Positions 9,872-19,139 of a DNA stretch of 64,000 nt are shown here, in pieces. The stretch's first letter is position 1, and every line of letters begins with the position of its first letter. Under the pieces are notes generated by a model. The model had not been told where the DNA came from. It was given only the letters and a program-made list of their open reading frames with translations, and did not search any database. The position numbers and the translations under genes are program-made. Source of the DNA: Clostridiales bacterium (GTDB taxonomy: Bacteria > Bacillota > Clostridia > Oscillospirales > CAG-272); assembly GCA_012514145.1 (NCBI GenBank), contig JAAZAV010000014.1, forward strand, positions 119,265 to 183,264. The letters are read 5' to 3'.

Positions 9872-10813
9872 TCAGGCAAGCAACATCCCGGCGCACACAG
9901 AGAAAACAAGCAAAACAACCACATAGCAGACGATAAATCTCACACGGATAATCGAACCGATAGCTGCCAATGAAGTTATCCGGGTCGCCGGTCCGACTGT
10001 GAGAAAGGCAAGAGCGCTTCCGCGTGAAAGCCCCTGGCTCATAAGTGAAGCCACCATCGGGATCGTACCTCCGCCGCAGGCGTAAACCGGAATACCCGCA
10101 GCGGCAGCCGCAAGAATTCCAAGCGGTGTGGTGGTGTCAAGCTCACCGAACAGCAGCCGCATTGGCAACAGGTCTACAAACGCGGCGATCGAGATGCCGA
10201 TGAGCATCATTCTTCCTACAAACAGCAGATTTTTCGCCACCGCGGCAAGGTATATGCCTATTGTGAACTTCTTACGGGGACGGTTTTCGATGTCGGAGCC
10301 GTCCCCTCTTTCTGCCATAACTTCGGGACGCACAACAAAGTTCTCAGGCAGAGGGAGCGTGAGAAATCCGCAGAGCGCTGCGAACAGAAAGACGCAAAGC
10401 AGGCGTAACAGCGCCATCTCCATTCCCAATCCCCCGGCGGTCATTATAAAGAGCTGCGGGTTCATCATTGAGGAGGCTGCCAGAAACGAAATCAGCGGCG
10501 CCGCAGGTATACCGCCGTGAAAGAGGGCTATGAGCACCGGTACGGTTCCGTAGGTACACAAGGGCGAGAGTATGCCAAGCACCGTAGCGCTGATAATCGG
10601 CAGCACATGCTTCCCCTTTGTAAAGCGGTATATGATTGCCGTCCAGGACGTGAATTTCAGCAGCTCACCGAGGAGACTGCCAAGCACCACATAAGGAAAC
10701 AGCTGAACGAAATAATCAAGTATTCCTTTCAGGAAATCGGTGATTGTGGATTTAAGAAACCAAGGGTCGGTAAATGAGGCGAACCATGCTCCCAGTTCAC
10801 GCAGAAATTCCAT
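9872..10813 (-). CDS. predicted permease, DUF318/ArsP-like family
   Basis: Polytopic membrane protein with paired Cys-containing motifs (LCTYGTVPV and YACGGGTIP) typical of DUF318 permeases. Its start abuts the upstream stop (TGA-A-ATG). Confidence 0.7.
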   Translation of the reverse strand: MEFLRELGAWFASFTDPWFLKSTITDFLKGILDYFVQLFPYVVLGSLLGELLKFTSWTAIIYRFTKGKHVLPIISATVLGILSPLCTYGTVPVLIALFHGGIPAAPLISFLAASSMMNPQLFIMTAGGLGMEMALLRLLCVFLFAALCGFLTLPLPENFVVRPEVMAERGDGSDIENRPRKKFTIGIYLAAVAKNLLFVGRMMLIGISIAAFVDLLPMRLLFGELDTTTPLGILAAAAAGIPVYACGGGTIPMVASLMSQGLSRGSALAFLTVGPATRITSLAAIGSIIRVRFIVCYVVVLLVFSVCAGMLLA

Positions 10814-10814
10814 T

Positions 10815-12422
10815 TCAGTATGTTATAGGTATCAGTTCGATGCCCTCATCGGCTCCGAGATTGCGGCTGTACTGCTTGTAGGTCGAGTTGTTCCAATGCT
10901 CAAACACACCGAGCGAACCGACAGGCTTGCCGTAGCCGTCGTGATAACCGATGCCAGAGGGCGCATCGTCCGCCAAAGCCGCTTCAACCAGGTAGTTTTC
11001 TGTAGTGTGACCGTCAGGCATGTATTTGAGCCATTTATTGTCGCCGACCGCCAGCGCCGCCGCTCTCTCCGCGAGTATGAAATCAAGACACACCGAATCG
11101 ATTGCAACCGGGTCCTGCGATGCGAAGAGTGAATTCGTCCAGCCCTTGGTTGCCTTTGTACCGCCGCCGAAGGGCGCCGAATACCACCTCTCGTCAAGGG
11201 TTACATCGCACTGCTGATGGTATGTTGCCACCAGTCCGTCACAAAGATAGAGGAATGTCTTTCCGCCGCAGTCCCTGTTGGAAATCAGGTCAACAAGTAC
11301 GCTGTATGTACCCATATCGCGCTTAGGAAGATCCCACAGTTCTTTCGGTGTGCTGTTGTAATCACGCGCCGCACAGTAGTGGTGCAGGGTCGCCCAGGTA
11401 GGCGGGTTTGTGCGGTATTTCGTCGGGAAGGTAACCGAGCCGTCGCTGTTCGTCAGTCCCGGCATTACGGTGCCGAAGTGATTCTTCGCGGATGCGGTGT
11501 AACCAGCAAGAGTGTGACCTCGGAGATTGAAGAGATTTATGATATAACTCGCCTCGGTGACACATTTCGGCCAGTAGGTGGTATTGACCTGCGGAGTTCC
11601 TCCTGAGTCTACCCAGTTGTCCTGAGTGAAGTCGTAAGACCAGTGTATAGGGCGTGTGAGATCGGCGACGGCGTCGTTTGAGCCGGTCATCTGGTAGTTG
11701 TCGTAGTATACAAAGCGCACGCCCTTGAGTTCCTCCGCGGAGCAGTATTCCTGCATGTAGGTGGGGATTACGCGGGATGGGTCGGTAACCGTTATGTCAT
11801 CGGGTTCGACTCCGTAGCCGACAAGGATTTTCAGCAGTGCTCTTACCGTCACGGGTGACGGGAAATAAGCTGTGGCGTTATTGGAGGATGCAGGGTTTGT
11901 CACACCGGTGACATTCATGTTGACTTTGATTGCTATCTTCTCTCCGGGCTTGTATGTTATCGCCTGGCCGCAGTAGCGGGTATTGAAGTCGATAAATAAC
12001 CGGTCGAGTGCATCATTTATGTCGTCCTCACCCGCCAGCGAGCAGATGATATCGCTCATCATCTGCTCAACAGCATCCGTATCGAAGTTTTTTTCAAGCC
12101 ACCAGTAACCGGAACCCGTCCATTTGAAGGCATCGGTGTTGTAAGCCCAGGAAACGCGCCCGGGATTAACGCCGATTCCCTTCCCCATTACCTGATTCGC
12201 ACCCTCATCGTCGGGGATGCGCTCTTTCTCAGTCCCGGGTGCCTCGGTCTCGGTCTTAGAAGCGGATATGATTTCTGCCGTGACCGGCTCTCCGGAGGTG
12301 TCACCGCTGCTACCCGGAACGCTTTCGCTGCAGCATACAAGCAGTACGGCAGCCAGAACTATCAGCACTGACAGCACCAATGCGGAGCCGTGCCGCTGCT
12401 TTATGGATTTCATCGGCTTCAC
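10815..12422 (-). CDS. DUF362 domain lipoprotein (predicted extracytoplasmic)
   Basis: Signal peptide with a Cys-containing lipobox-like end (AAVLLVCCSES). DUF362-like blocks PGEKIAIKVNMN, FLYLCDGLVATYHQ and DPVAIDSVCLDFI. Confidence 0.6.
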   Translation of the reverse strand: MKPMKSIKQRHGSALVLSVLIVLAAVLLVCCSESVPGSSGDTSGEPVTAEIISASKTETEAPGTEKERIPDDEGANQVMGKGIGVNPGRVSWAYNTDAFKWTGSGYWWLEKNFDTDAVEQMMSDIICSLAGEDDINDALDRLFIDFNTRYCGQAITYKPGEKIAIKVNMNVTGVTNPASSNNATAYFPSPVTVRALLKILVGYGVEPDDITVTDPSRVIPTYMQEYCSAEELKGVRFVYYDNYQMTGSNDAVADLTRPIHWSYDFTQDNWVDSGGTPQVNTTYWPKCVTEASYIINLFNLRGHTLAGYTASAKNHFGTVMPGLTNSDGSVTFPTKYRTNPPTWATLHHYCAARDYNSTPKELWDLPKRDMGTYSVLVDLISNRDCGGKTFLYLCDGLVATYHQQCDVTLDERWYSAPFGGGTKATKGWTNSLFASQDPVAIDSVCLDFILAERAAALAVGDNKWLKYMPDGHTTENYLVEAALADDAPSGIGYHDGYGKPVGSLGVFEHWNNSTYKQYSRNLGADEGIELIPITY

Positions 12423-12445
12423 CTCTCAATAAGTCTTATTAATGC

Positions 12446-14302
12446 TTACTTCGTTGTTATCCAGACGGTAACCGGCATTTTTTCGTCCCAGTTCTGACCG
12501 ACCGACGGATAATCGGCGACTGTGATATAACCATCGGTTGTTTTGACCTTCCATTCCTGCTTGCACTTGATAGCCCCCGTATCGGAGGGTTCAAGAACGG
12601 CGAAACCTTCGTTGTCGACAAGCTCGACAGCTTCTTTGATGTCCTCGCCGAACTGACTGTCGCGGGCGAGCATAACCGGACCGCGCTGAATCGCGGCATG
12701 GCAGATCGACTCGGCGTCTGCGTTGGGATCGATAGAGTCGGCGCGTATAATGCGGCAGCGCATGTCGAAGTCAAGCTCGATAATGTCGCCGCTCTTCCAG
12801 TCGCGTTCAATCACGGCATACTCACCGGCGGAAGCAGCGATCTTCTCGCCGTTTACGGTGAGTATGGTTTCCGCGCTCCAGGAAGGGATACGGAGCATGA
12901 TAGCGAATGGAGCGACCGCGTCGGTATCGACGGTTATCTTCACACCGCCGTTAATCGGATAATCAGTTTCAAAATGAAGCTTGAGAGTGCAGCCCTCCGG
13001 CAGCGAGGTGACGGTATCGCCGGGCATGTAGAGGTTGACGGCTGCGCCGTTCTTCGATGACGTAACCGCCGTCATGGCTATTAGACCGGTGCCAGCCGCG
13101 CCGATAGAAACGCAGCAGCCCCAGTAGAAACGCTTCCTGATTATGTCCTTAAAGCCGCCGACCGCCCTGCCGCGCCAGCCGTTAAACAGCGGGCTGTAGC
13201 TGTCGAAGGCGAAGACCTGACCGCGGCAGATATGATTCTCAAAATTGATAGCACCGATGAGAGCGTTGTAGACCGAGCGTTCGATCTGGTCTGCCCAAAT
13301 CGGGTCACCTGTGAGCAGCAGCAGCTGGAAACAGTACTTCATCCAGGTAACCGTGACGCAGGTCTCCTGCATGATGCCGTTGAACTTCGGGTCAAACTGA
13401 CGAACTATCGAATGGTCGAAAAGTTCGTGAGTGGTGCCGGCTGAGCCGATAACCGTGATGTCCGATTCAATGACACGGCGGCCGAATTTAACCGCCATAT
13501 CCTTGTACTTCTCCTCGCCGGTGACACGGTAATACTCGATTATTCCCTCGAAGTTTGAAATCATCTCGTAGGCTTTTGTAATCGGGTACTCATAGGGGCA
13601 GAGCTTGTCGTCAAGAGCCGCTTCGAACATGTTGAATCCGCGCATACCGCCGGCGTCTATGATCTTCTTCGCGAAGTCAAGATATCTCTGTTGACCGGTG
13701 AGGTTGTAAAGCCGAACAAACGGCTCGAGAATCGATGAAGCATTTAGACCGTTCCACCATTCGGAGGTATAGGTAATTGGGAGTTTCCCGACTTCGTCGT
13801 TCCCGATTTTGGCGACGAGATAGTCGGCGCTGCGGCACATGCATGCGATAATCTGATCAGCCAGTCCGTCGTCACGGCAGATTTCCAGGAAATACTGGAA
13901 GCCCAACAGAACATATTTCCGGCTCCAGATGTCCCAGCCGTGGAATTCAGCGGGGATTGAGTATGTGGAGATACGGCCGTATTTATCCTGCACCGTCATC
14001 ATGTCGCGCACTGTATCCTCGAGGATTTTATAGAGCTTCTCGTTCTGCGTATAGGAGTAGGTAAAGCATGCGCCGCGCATGGTCTTGCCCCAGTATTCGC
14101 CGCGCCACCCCTTGTCGTGGTCGTCTACGTTTCCGATGCGAAACTGCTCCACAAAGAGCGCCCAGAGCGCCGGATCAAGCAGCTGCTCAGCTTCGATATG
14201 CGCAATTGAATCGGATACATAACCGCTGAAGGAAGCGTATCCGTCGGCGGGCGTAAAGAGGACGTCTGTATTTTGTCTGTTCTGATATGCGGTGTATTTC
14301 AT
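12446..14302 (-). CDS. glycoside hydrolase family 127-like protein (DUF1680, beta-L-arabinofuranosidase family)
   Basis: Blocks GWRGEYWGKTMRGA and ETCVTVTWMKYCFQLLLLTGDPIWADQIERSVYNALIG. Start set to the ATG at 14302 because the track's TTG at 14314 is part of the ribosome-binding site (TTGGAGGGAAACATG). Confidence 0.8.
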   Translation of the reverse strand: MKYTAYQNRQNTDVLFTPADGYASFSGYVSDSIAHIEAEQLLDPALWALFVEQFRIGNVDDHDKGWRGEYWGKTMRGACFTYSYTQNEKLYKILEDTVRDMMTVQDKYGRISTYSIPAEFHGWDIWSRKYVLLGFQYFLEICRDDGLADQIIACMCRSADYLVAKIGNDEVGKLPITYTSEWWNGLNASSILEPFVRLYNLTGQQRYLDFAKKIIDAGGMRGFNMFEAALDDKLCPYEYPITKAYEMISNFEGIIEYYRVTGEEKYKDMAVKFGRRVIESDITVIGSAGTTHELFDHSIVRQFDPKFNGIMQETCVTVTWMKYCFQLLLLTGDPIWADQIERSVYNALIGAINFENHICRGQVFAFDSYSPLFNGWRGRAVGGFKDIIRKRFYWGCCVSIGAAGTGLIAMTAVTSSKNGAAVNLYMPGDTVTSLPEGCTLKLHFETDYPINGGVKITVDTDAVAPFAIMLRIPSWSAETILTVNGEKIAASAGEYAVIERDWKSGDIIELDFDMRCRIIRADSIDPNADAESICHAAIQRGPVMLARDSQFGEDIKEAVELVDNEGFAVLEPSDTGAIKCKQEWKVKTTDGYITVADYPSVGQNWDEKMPVTVWITTK

Positions 14303-14350
14303 GTTTCCCTCCAATTCGTGTTTCTGATGAATATCGTATCATCTGTTTTA

Positions 14351-14379
14351 ATTATAACCCCGCCGCAATTATTTGTCAA
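14351..14379 (-). promoter_or_regulatory. consensus sigma-A promoter for the GH127-DUF362-permease operon
   Basis: Minus strand reads TTGACA, 17 nt (AATAATTGCGGCGGGGT), TATAAT. It lies about 48 nt upstream of the ATG at 14302. Confidence 0.75.
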
Positions 14380-14674
14380 GGCAATAACAAATGAGTTGAC
14401 GCGGTGGGAAAACAGGTCATTTGTCGGTTGACGGCACACATAGTGAACGATATTCTGTAACTGATTTATAATGCTCAACTTAACTGATATAATACATGAA
14501 ACGATGCGGACGGTGTGTTCTGACATATGTTCTCAAACCTAAACATACACATCCATCCGGGGTATACATTCGCGGGTGAACAGACTATAATTGACGAAGG
14601 GTTTGAATGTAAGTATTGATGCTGACTCTTTTAAAACAGGCCTGCTATCCAATAAAGAACGGCACGTCAAGTTG

Positions 14675-14717
14675 AAAACAGAGCAGATTCAAGTTGCTTT
14701 TCCTGAATCTGCTCTGT
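14675..14717 (-). terminator. rho-independent terminator after pduL
   Basis: 13-bp perfect stem ACAGAGCAGATTC / GAATCTGCTCTGT (14678-14690 and 14705-14717), followed on the minus strand by TTTTC. Confidence 0.7.
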
Positions 14718-14767
14718 CTCCAGTCTGTATCCACGGTGTCCCGGGGATACCTTACATTATTCACAGT

Positions 14768-15343
14768 TTACTTGACAATATCACCGTATACCATGCCGAA
14801 TGCACAAGCTGCGTTGGACTCGTCGGTGTCGATGTGTGCCGCAGCTGCGAACTTCGGGGAGACGCGGCATACAACATCGCCGAATATAAGCGAACGTCCG
14901 TTGCCCTCAACCTTGAGCGATACTATTTCCTTGTCGGAAACACCAAACTTTTCAGCGTCGGCGGGAGTAAGGTGGATATGACGCTTCGCGGCAATAACAC
15001 CCTCGCTGAGTTCAACCTCACCACAGGGACCTATCAGCTTGCAGGCACCCGAGCCGGCGATGTCACCGCTTTCACGCACGGGAGCGTCGCAGCCGAGAGT
15101 ACGGGCATCGGTAAGTGAAACTTCAACCTGGGATGCAGTGCGTGCCGGGCCGAGAATTATGACATTCGGAATGGACTTCTTCGGACCGACTATAGTTACT
15201 CTCTCCTCGCAGGCGAACTGACCGGGTTGACTAAGATCTTTCTTATGGGTCAGGGTGGCACCCTTGCCGAAGAGAATCTCAATGTGCTCCTCGGTCAGAT
15301 GTACGTGACGGGCAGAGGTCTCGACGAGAATTTTGTTTTCCAT
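14768..15343 (-). CDS. pduL: phosphate propanoyltransferase / PduL-type phosphotransacylase
   Basis: Duplicated PduL signature: VETSARHVHLTEEHIEILFG ... LSQPGQFACEERVTIVGPK, and a second AAKRHIHLTPADAEKFG. Confidence 0.88.
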   Translation of the reverse strand: MENKILVETSARHVHLTEEHIEILFGKGATLTHKKDLSQPGQFACEERVTIVGPKKSIPNVIILGPARTASQVEVSLTDARTLGCDAPVRESGDIAGSGACKLIGPCGEVELSEGVIAAKRHIHLTPADAEKFGVSDKEIVSLKVEGNGRSLIFGDVVCRVSPKFAAAAHIDTDESNAACAFGMVYGDIVK

Positions 15344-15394
15344 ATAATTGAATCTCCTTAACTGGCTTGTGAAGCCTTGATTTGTATTGAGTTA

Positions 15395-15423
15395 ATTATA
15401 CTATACTTTTATTACAAAGTAAA
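15395..15423 (-). promoter_or_regulatory. sigma-A type promoter for pduL
   Basis: Minus strand reads TTTACT, 17 nt, TATAAT. It lies about 50 nt upstream of the pduL ATG. Confidence 0.65.
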
Positions 15424-15546
15424 TACTTCTCGCCAAATTTGACATTTGAAGCTCCGATTGTTCCGGATTTGTACTGGAATATATCAAATTCGATGTCCTT
15501 TATTCAAAATCACACCTAATTTCGGGGAAAACGGTCGTGTGCTCTG

Positions 15547-17004
15547 CTATGTAAGTGACACTTCCTCCTTACTTGTCATACGGTCGCCCTGACGGAAAAT
15601 CGAAACAAGGAAGCAGACAGCCACGATGCAGAGTATAAACTCAGCACAGGGCTGAGCATACGCCAGACCGTACATCGGGAAGAGTCGGTTGAGTATGATT
15701 ATAGCGGGTATCTCGAGTACTATCTTACGCAGAAAAGCGAAGAGCAGCGACCAATGTCCCATTCCGCAGGCTTGAAATACTCCCACACAGAGGAAGTCCA
15801 CGCACATGAAAGGCTGCGCAAGGCAGAGTCCGCGCTGCAACGCCGCACCCATTTTGACTATTTCCGGGTTCTTCATAAACAGAGCGATGATGTTCGGCGC
15901 AAAGATAGTATAGAGAATTGCGGTAGTTGTCAGAAGTCCGACCGCCATACCCAAAGCGAATAGTATGGCTTTTTTCATTCTTTTTCGGTTGCCCGAGGCG
16001 TAATTGTAACCCACCAGCGGCTGAAGTCCGTGTGATATGCCGAAGGCTATCTGCATAGGAACAGAAGTGGTTTTGTTTGCAACACCCATCGCGGCGACAG
16101 CCATTGAACCGTATGCGGCGGCGCAGTTGTTTAATACCGTCATTCCGGTCACATTCAGCAAATTCTGCACCGCGGCAGGTATACCGACTTTGAAGACACC
16201 GCCGACAATTTCCTTCGTCGGTCTGAAATCGTGCGGGGCAAGGGAGACATAACAGCTCTTACGCTTAATAAATATTAGAATGACGAAGTATAGACATGCT
16301 ATGCAGTTCGCGATGAAGGTAGCCAATCCCGCTCCTGCAGCTCCCATGTCAAGCCCCCAAGGCATGATAAAGAAGGGGTCTATTATAATATTCAAAACAC
16401 AGCCGCTCATTGTTCCGATACCGGCATGCATAGCAAGGCCCTGGGAGCGTACAAGATACGAAAAAACGATATTCAATATCGACGGCACAGCGCCGAGACA
16501 TACCGTCCAGAACATGTAGTCGTAGGTAACGGATATATTGTCATCGCCGGCACCCAAGAGCCTGAGCAGCGGTGTTTGAAAGATAAATACCAAAAGCGAA
16601 TAAAGTGAGCCGCATATGAGTGCCATATAGAAACCGAATGCTGAGGAACGGCGGATTGTTTGATAGTCTTTTGCTCCCAGCGCACGGCTCATCATACTTG
16701 AGGAACCCACACCGAACAGATTGGTAAAGGCATAGAAAGCGAGCAGCACCGGCGCAGCGAGTGTCACCGCTGCATTCTGTATCGGTTCGTTAAGCTGACC
16801 GACATAGAATGTATCGGCTAAATTGTAAAGCACCGACACAAGACTGCTGAGTACCGTCGGCATGCACATCGACAATACGGCGCGCGGGATTGGTGCTCTT
16901 TCAAACAGCTCGGTACGCGGATCGGCAGCCCTTACGGTGCCGACTGCATCATTTGGCAAGGTTATCATCTCCGTCGTCTTATAATGGTGGTTATTATAAC
17001 ACAT
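15547..17004 (-). CDS. MATE family efflux transporter
   Basis: About 12 TM helices. N-terminal MATE pattern PIPRAVLSMCMPTVLSSLVSVLYNLADTFYVGQL. The start is uncertain: ATG at 17004 or ATG at 16968. Confidence 0.85.
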   Translation of the reverse strand: MCYNNHHYKTTEMITLPNDAVGTVRAADPRTELFERAPIPRAVLSMCMPTVLSSLVSVLYNLADTFYVGQLNEPIQNAAVTLAAPVLLAFYAFTNLFGVGSSSMMSRALGAKDYQTIRRSSAFGFYMALICGSLYSLLVFIFQTPLLRLLGAGDDNISVTYDYMFWTVCLGAVPSILNIVFSYLVRSQGLAMHAGIGTMSGCVLNIIIDPFFIMPWGLDMGAAGAGLATFIANCIACLYFVILIFIKRKSCYVSLAPHDFRPTKEIVGGVFKVGIPAAVQNLLNVTGMTVLNNCAAAYGSMAVAAMGVANKTTSVPMQIAFGISHGLQPLVGYNYASGNRKRMKKAILFALGMAVGLLTTTAILYTIFAPNIIALFMKNPEIVKMGAALQRGLCLAQPFMCVDFLCVGVFQACGMGHWSLLFAFLRKIVLEIPAIIILNRLFPMYGLAYAQPCAEFILCIVAVCFLVSIFRQGDRMTSKEEVSLT

Positions 17005-17056
17005 AATCCGGATATTTTCAAGGCTTGAAGCCCGGCTAAAGTTTCCTGCATTACAC

Positions 17057-17085
17057 TTGCCCGAAATATCAGGACATGTTATAAT
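17057..17085 (+). promoter_or_regulatory. sigma-A type promoter (extended -10) for the 17121 gene
   Basis: TTGCCC, 17 nt, TGtTATAAT (TATAAT at 17080-17085). Confidence 0.6.
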
Positions 17086-17120
17086 TGATCAGAGCATAAT
17101 ACAGCAAAGGAGAAACATGT

Positions 17121-19058
17121 ATGTATACAGTTACCATACCAGTTCATACCAGCGATTACTTCGATGTTGAAGCCACCCTTGCCGAGCTTAAGCGTGCAAA
17201 AGCCGACCGCGTTCTGCTGGCAGTGTCCCGCAGGCTTGTACCGGCTCCCGAAGGAATGCGCATTAAGCCCGACGCATATATCGATCTGATTCGCGATACG
17301 ATTCCGCTTTACGAAGCCGAAGGGCTTGAAGTCGGCGTCTGGATAGGCGAAACCATGGGACACGGCGGTGCATTGCTCAATAGTGTAGTTAAGCCGGGAG
17401 AACAGGGCGCACCCGCCTATACTCCCTTTACCTCCATAACCGGACGAGCGTCTTCCGGTTCCTTCTGCTGTGCCGACCCGTTTTTCCGTGCCGATGTGTG
17501 CGCCTGGGCTGCCTGTTCCGCAAAGGCGGGGGCAAAGCTTATTATACTTGATGACGACTGGCGAATGTCACTGCACGGCGACGGTCTGTATGCCGGCTGC
17601 ATGTGTGATGATCATATACGCCGTTACTGTGAGCTTGCAGGAGAGCAGCTTACCCGTGAGGAGATCGCGAATTCAGTATTCACCGGAGGTCCGAGCCGTT
17701 ACCGCAAGCTCTGGCAAAAACTGATGGGCGGCGACATGCTGCGTCTTGCGCGTGAAATCCGCGAGGCCGTGGATGCGGTAAATCCTGATTGCCGCATCGG
17801 TATCTGCTGCGCTCCGTCGGTGGTGGGTCTGGACGGTTCGTCACCCATGGGAATTGCGCAGACACTGGCAGGCAAGACCCGTCCTTATCTGCGTCTTATA
17901 TGCGCGCCTTATTGGGCAAAGACCGGCGCGGAGCTGGCGTCTGTCATGGCTTCCGAGCGGCTGTATGCCTGGTATGCCGATGAGTGGCGCAGAGAGACCG
18001 ACGCCGAGATACTGCTTGAAGGAGATGCCTATCCCCGTCCACGCTTCGTTACTCCGGCGGCGTATCTCGAGTGCGCGGATCAGATCTGCAGAGCCGACAA
18101 ACATTTCACCGGCTCGATGATGTATGTTATTGACTACTTCTCCACCCCGGGTTACGAGCGCGGATATATCGATAAGCATGTAAAAAACCGAGAACTGTCC
18201 CGTAAAATCGAAGCCATGTTCGAGGGTAAGCGTCAACTCGGCTTCAAACCCGCCGAATACCGCGAGTTATTCCTGTCCTCCGTATTGCCCGACGATCCTT
18301 TGACCGGCAATGCCACAGCTTACAGCCGTTTCCGAGGTATTGCACCCGGGGCGCTTGCCAACGCTTCGGCTCCGATATCATTCGATGACGGTGTGACGGT
18401 GCTGTTCGGCGAGAATGCCCGTATGGCGGATGAAAAGCTGGTAAATAGGGGCGCAATACTCGACGCTTACGCCGCGAGAATCCTCACCGAGCGCGGCTTT
18501 GATGTGGGATTCGTTGACGACAGTTATCTCGGCAGCGGAGCATCAGAGCTTTTCGGCGGCACCGATGTGGTAAACTGTTCTGAGCGCATCAATCACCGTG
18601 AATGCGCGCTGCGGTCAATTAAAGCTGCCGAAGGCGCCGAGCGGCTTACATGGTTCGCCGACGGAACCCCGGGAGTCTATCGCTATGAAAACGCTGAAGG
18701 CTCGCGCTATGTGGTTTATCCGATTAATGTGGCGCCGGATGACCGCTCCACGTACTTCCGAGCCTACACCCGTCAAAAGGAGCTTTATGATGCGGCTGAA
18801 TATATATCAGGAAGCCGTCTCCCTGTCGAGATAACCGGTCACCCCGACATAACTGTTATAATGGCACAGGACGAAAATGAACTGGCAGTCGGTATATGGA
18901 ATCTGTTTCCCGATTCTGTTGACAAGCCGCTTCTAAAGCTCACCTTCATGCCCTCTTATGTTCGCACGGTAGGCTGTTCGGCTCAGCTGACGGCGGACGG
19001 CGTGGTTTTGTCGGAAATCGCACCCTTCGGCTTCGCGGGAATCATTCTCGGAAAATAA
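17121..19058 (+). CDS. hypothetical protein, 645 aa, no family recognised
   Basis: Long ORF with AAAGGAG 8 nt upstream, its own promoter and terminator, and no signal peptide. The context of flanking GH127-type genes suggests a carbohydrate-active role, but no motif was recognised. Confidence 0.75.
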   Translation: MYTVTIPVHTSDYFDVEATLAELKRAKADRVLLAVSRRLVPAPEGMRIKPDAYIDLIRDTIPLYEAEGLEVGVWIGETMGHGGALLNSVVKPGEQGAPAYTPFTSITGRASSGSFCCADPFFRADVCAWAACSAKAGAKLIILDDDWRMSLHGDGLYAGCMCDDHIRRYCELAGEQLTREEIANSVFTGGPSRYRKLWQKLMGGDMLRLAREIREAVDAVNPDCRIGICCAPSVVGLDGSSPMGIAQTLAGKTRPYLRLICAPYWAKTGAELASVMASERLYAWYADEWRRETDAEILLEGDAYPRPRFVTPAAYLECADQICRADKHFTGSMMYVIDYFSTPGYERGYIDKHVKNRELSRKIEAMFEGKRQLGFKPAEYRELFLSSVLPDDPLTGNATAYSRFRGIAPGALANASAPISFDDGVTVLFGENARMADEKLVNRGAILDAYAARILTERGFDVGFVDDSYLGSGASELFGGTDVVNCSERINHRECALRSIKAAEGAERLTWFADGTPGVYRYENAEGSRYVVYPINVAPDDRSTYFRAYTRQKELYDAAEYISGSRLPVEITGHPDITVIMAQDENELAVGIWNLFPDSVDKPLLKLTFMPSYVRTVGCSAQLTADGVVLSEIAPFGFAGIILGK

Positions 19059-19073
19059 CATTCGTAAAATTGC

Positions 19074-19108
19074 GCCGGCACCCCTTAACTTCGGGGCACC
19101 GGCTTTTT
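19074..19108. terminator. hairpin terminator between convergent genes
   Basis: GCCGGCACCCC ... GGGGCACCGGC stem (9 bp plus a 2x2 internal mismatch) followed by TTTTT on the plus strand. Confidence 0.72.
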
Positions 19109-19139
19109 CATTGTATTATCTTTTAGTTAACTCGATAAT

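Noticed and set aside
9865-9875. Convergent genes (9208-9867 and 9872-10813) separated by only 4 bp with no terminator.
   Set aside because: The arrangement is real but common in compact genomes, and nothing indicates a functional element.
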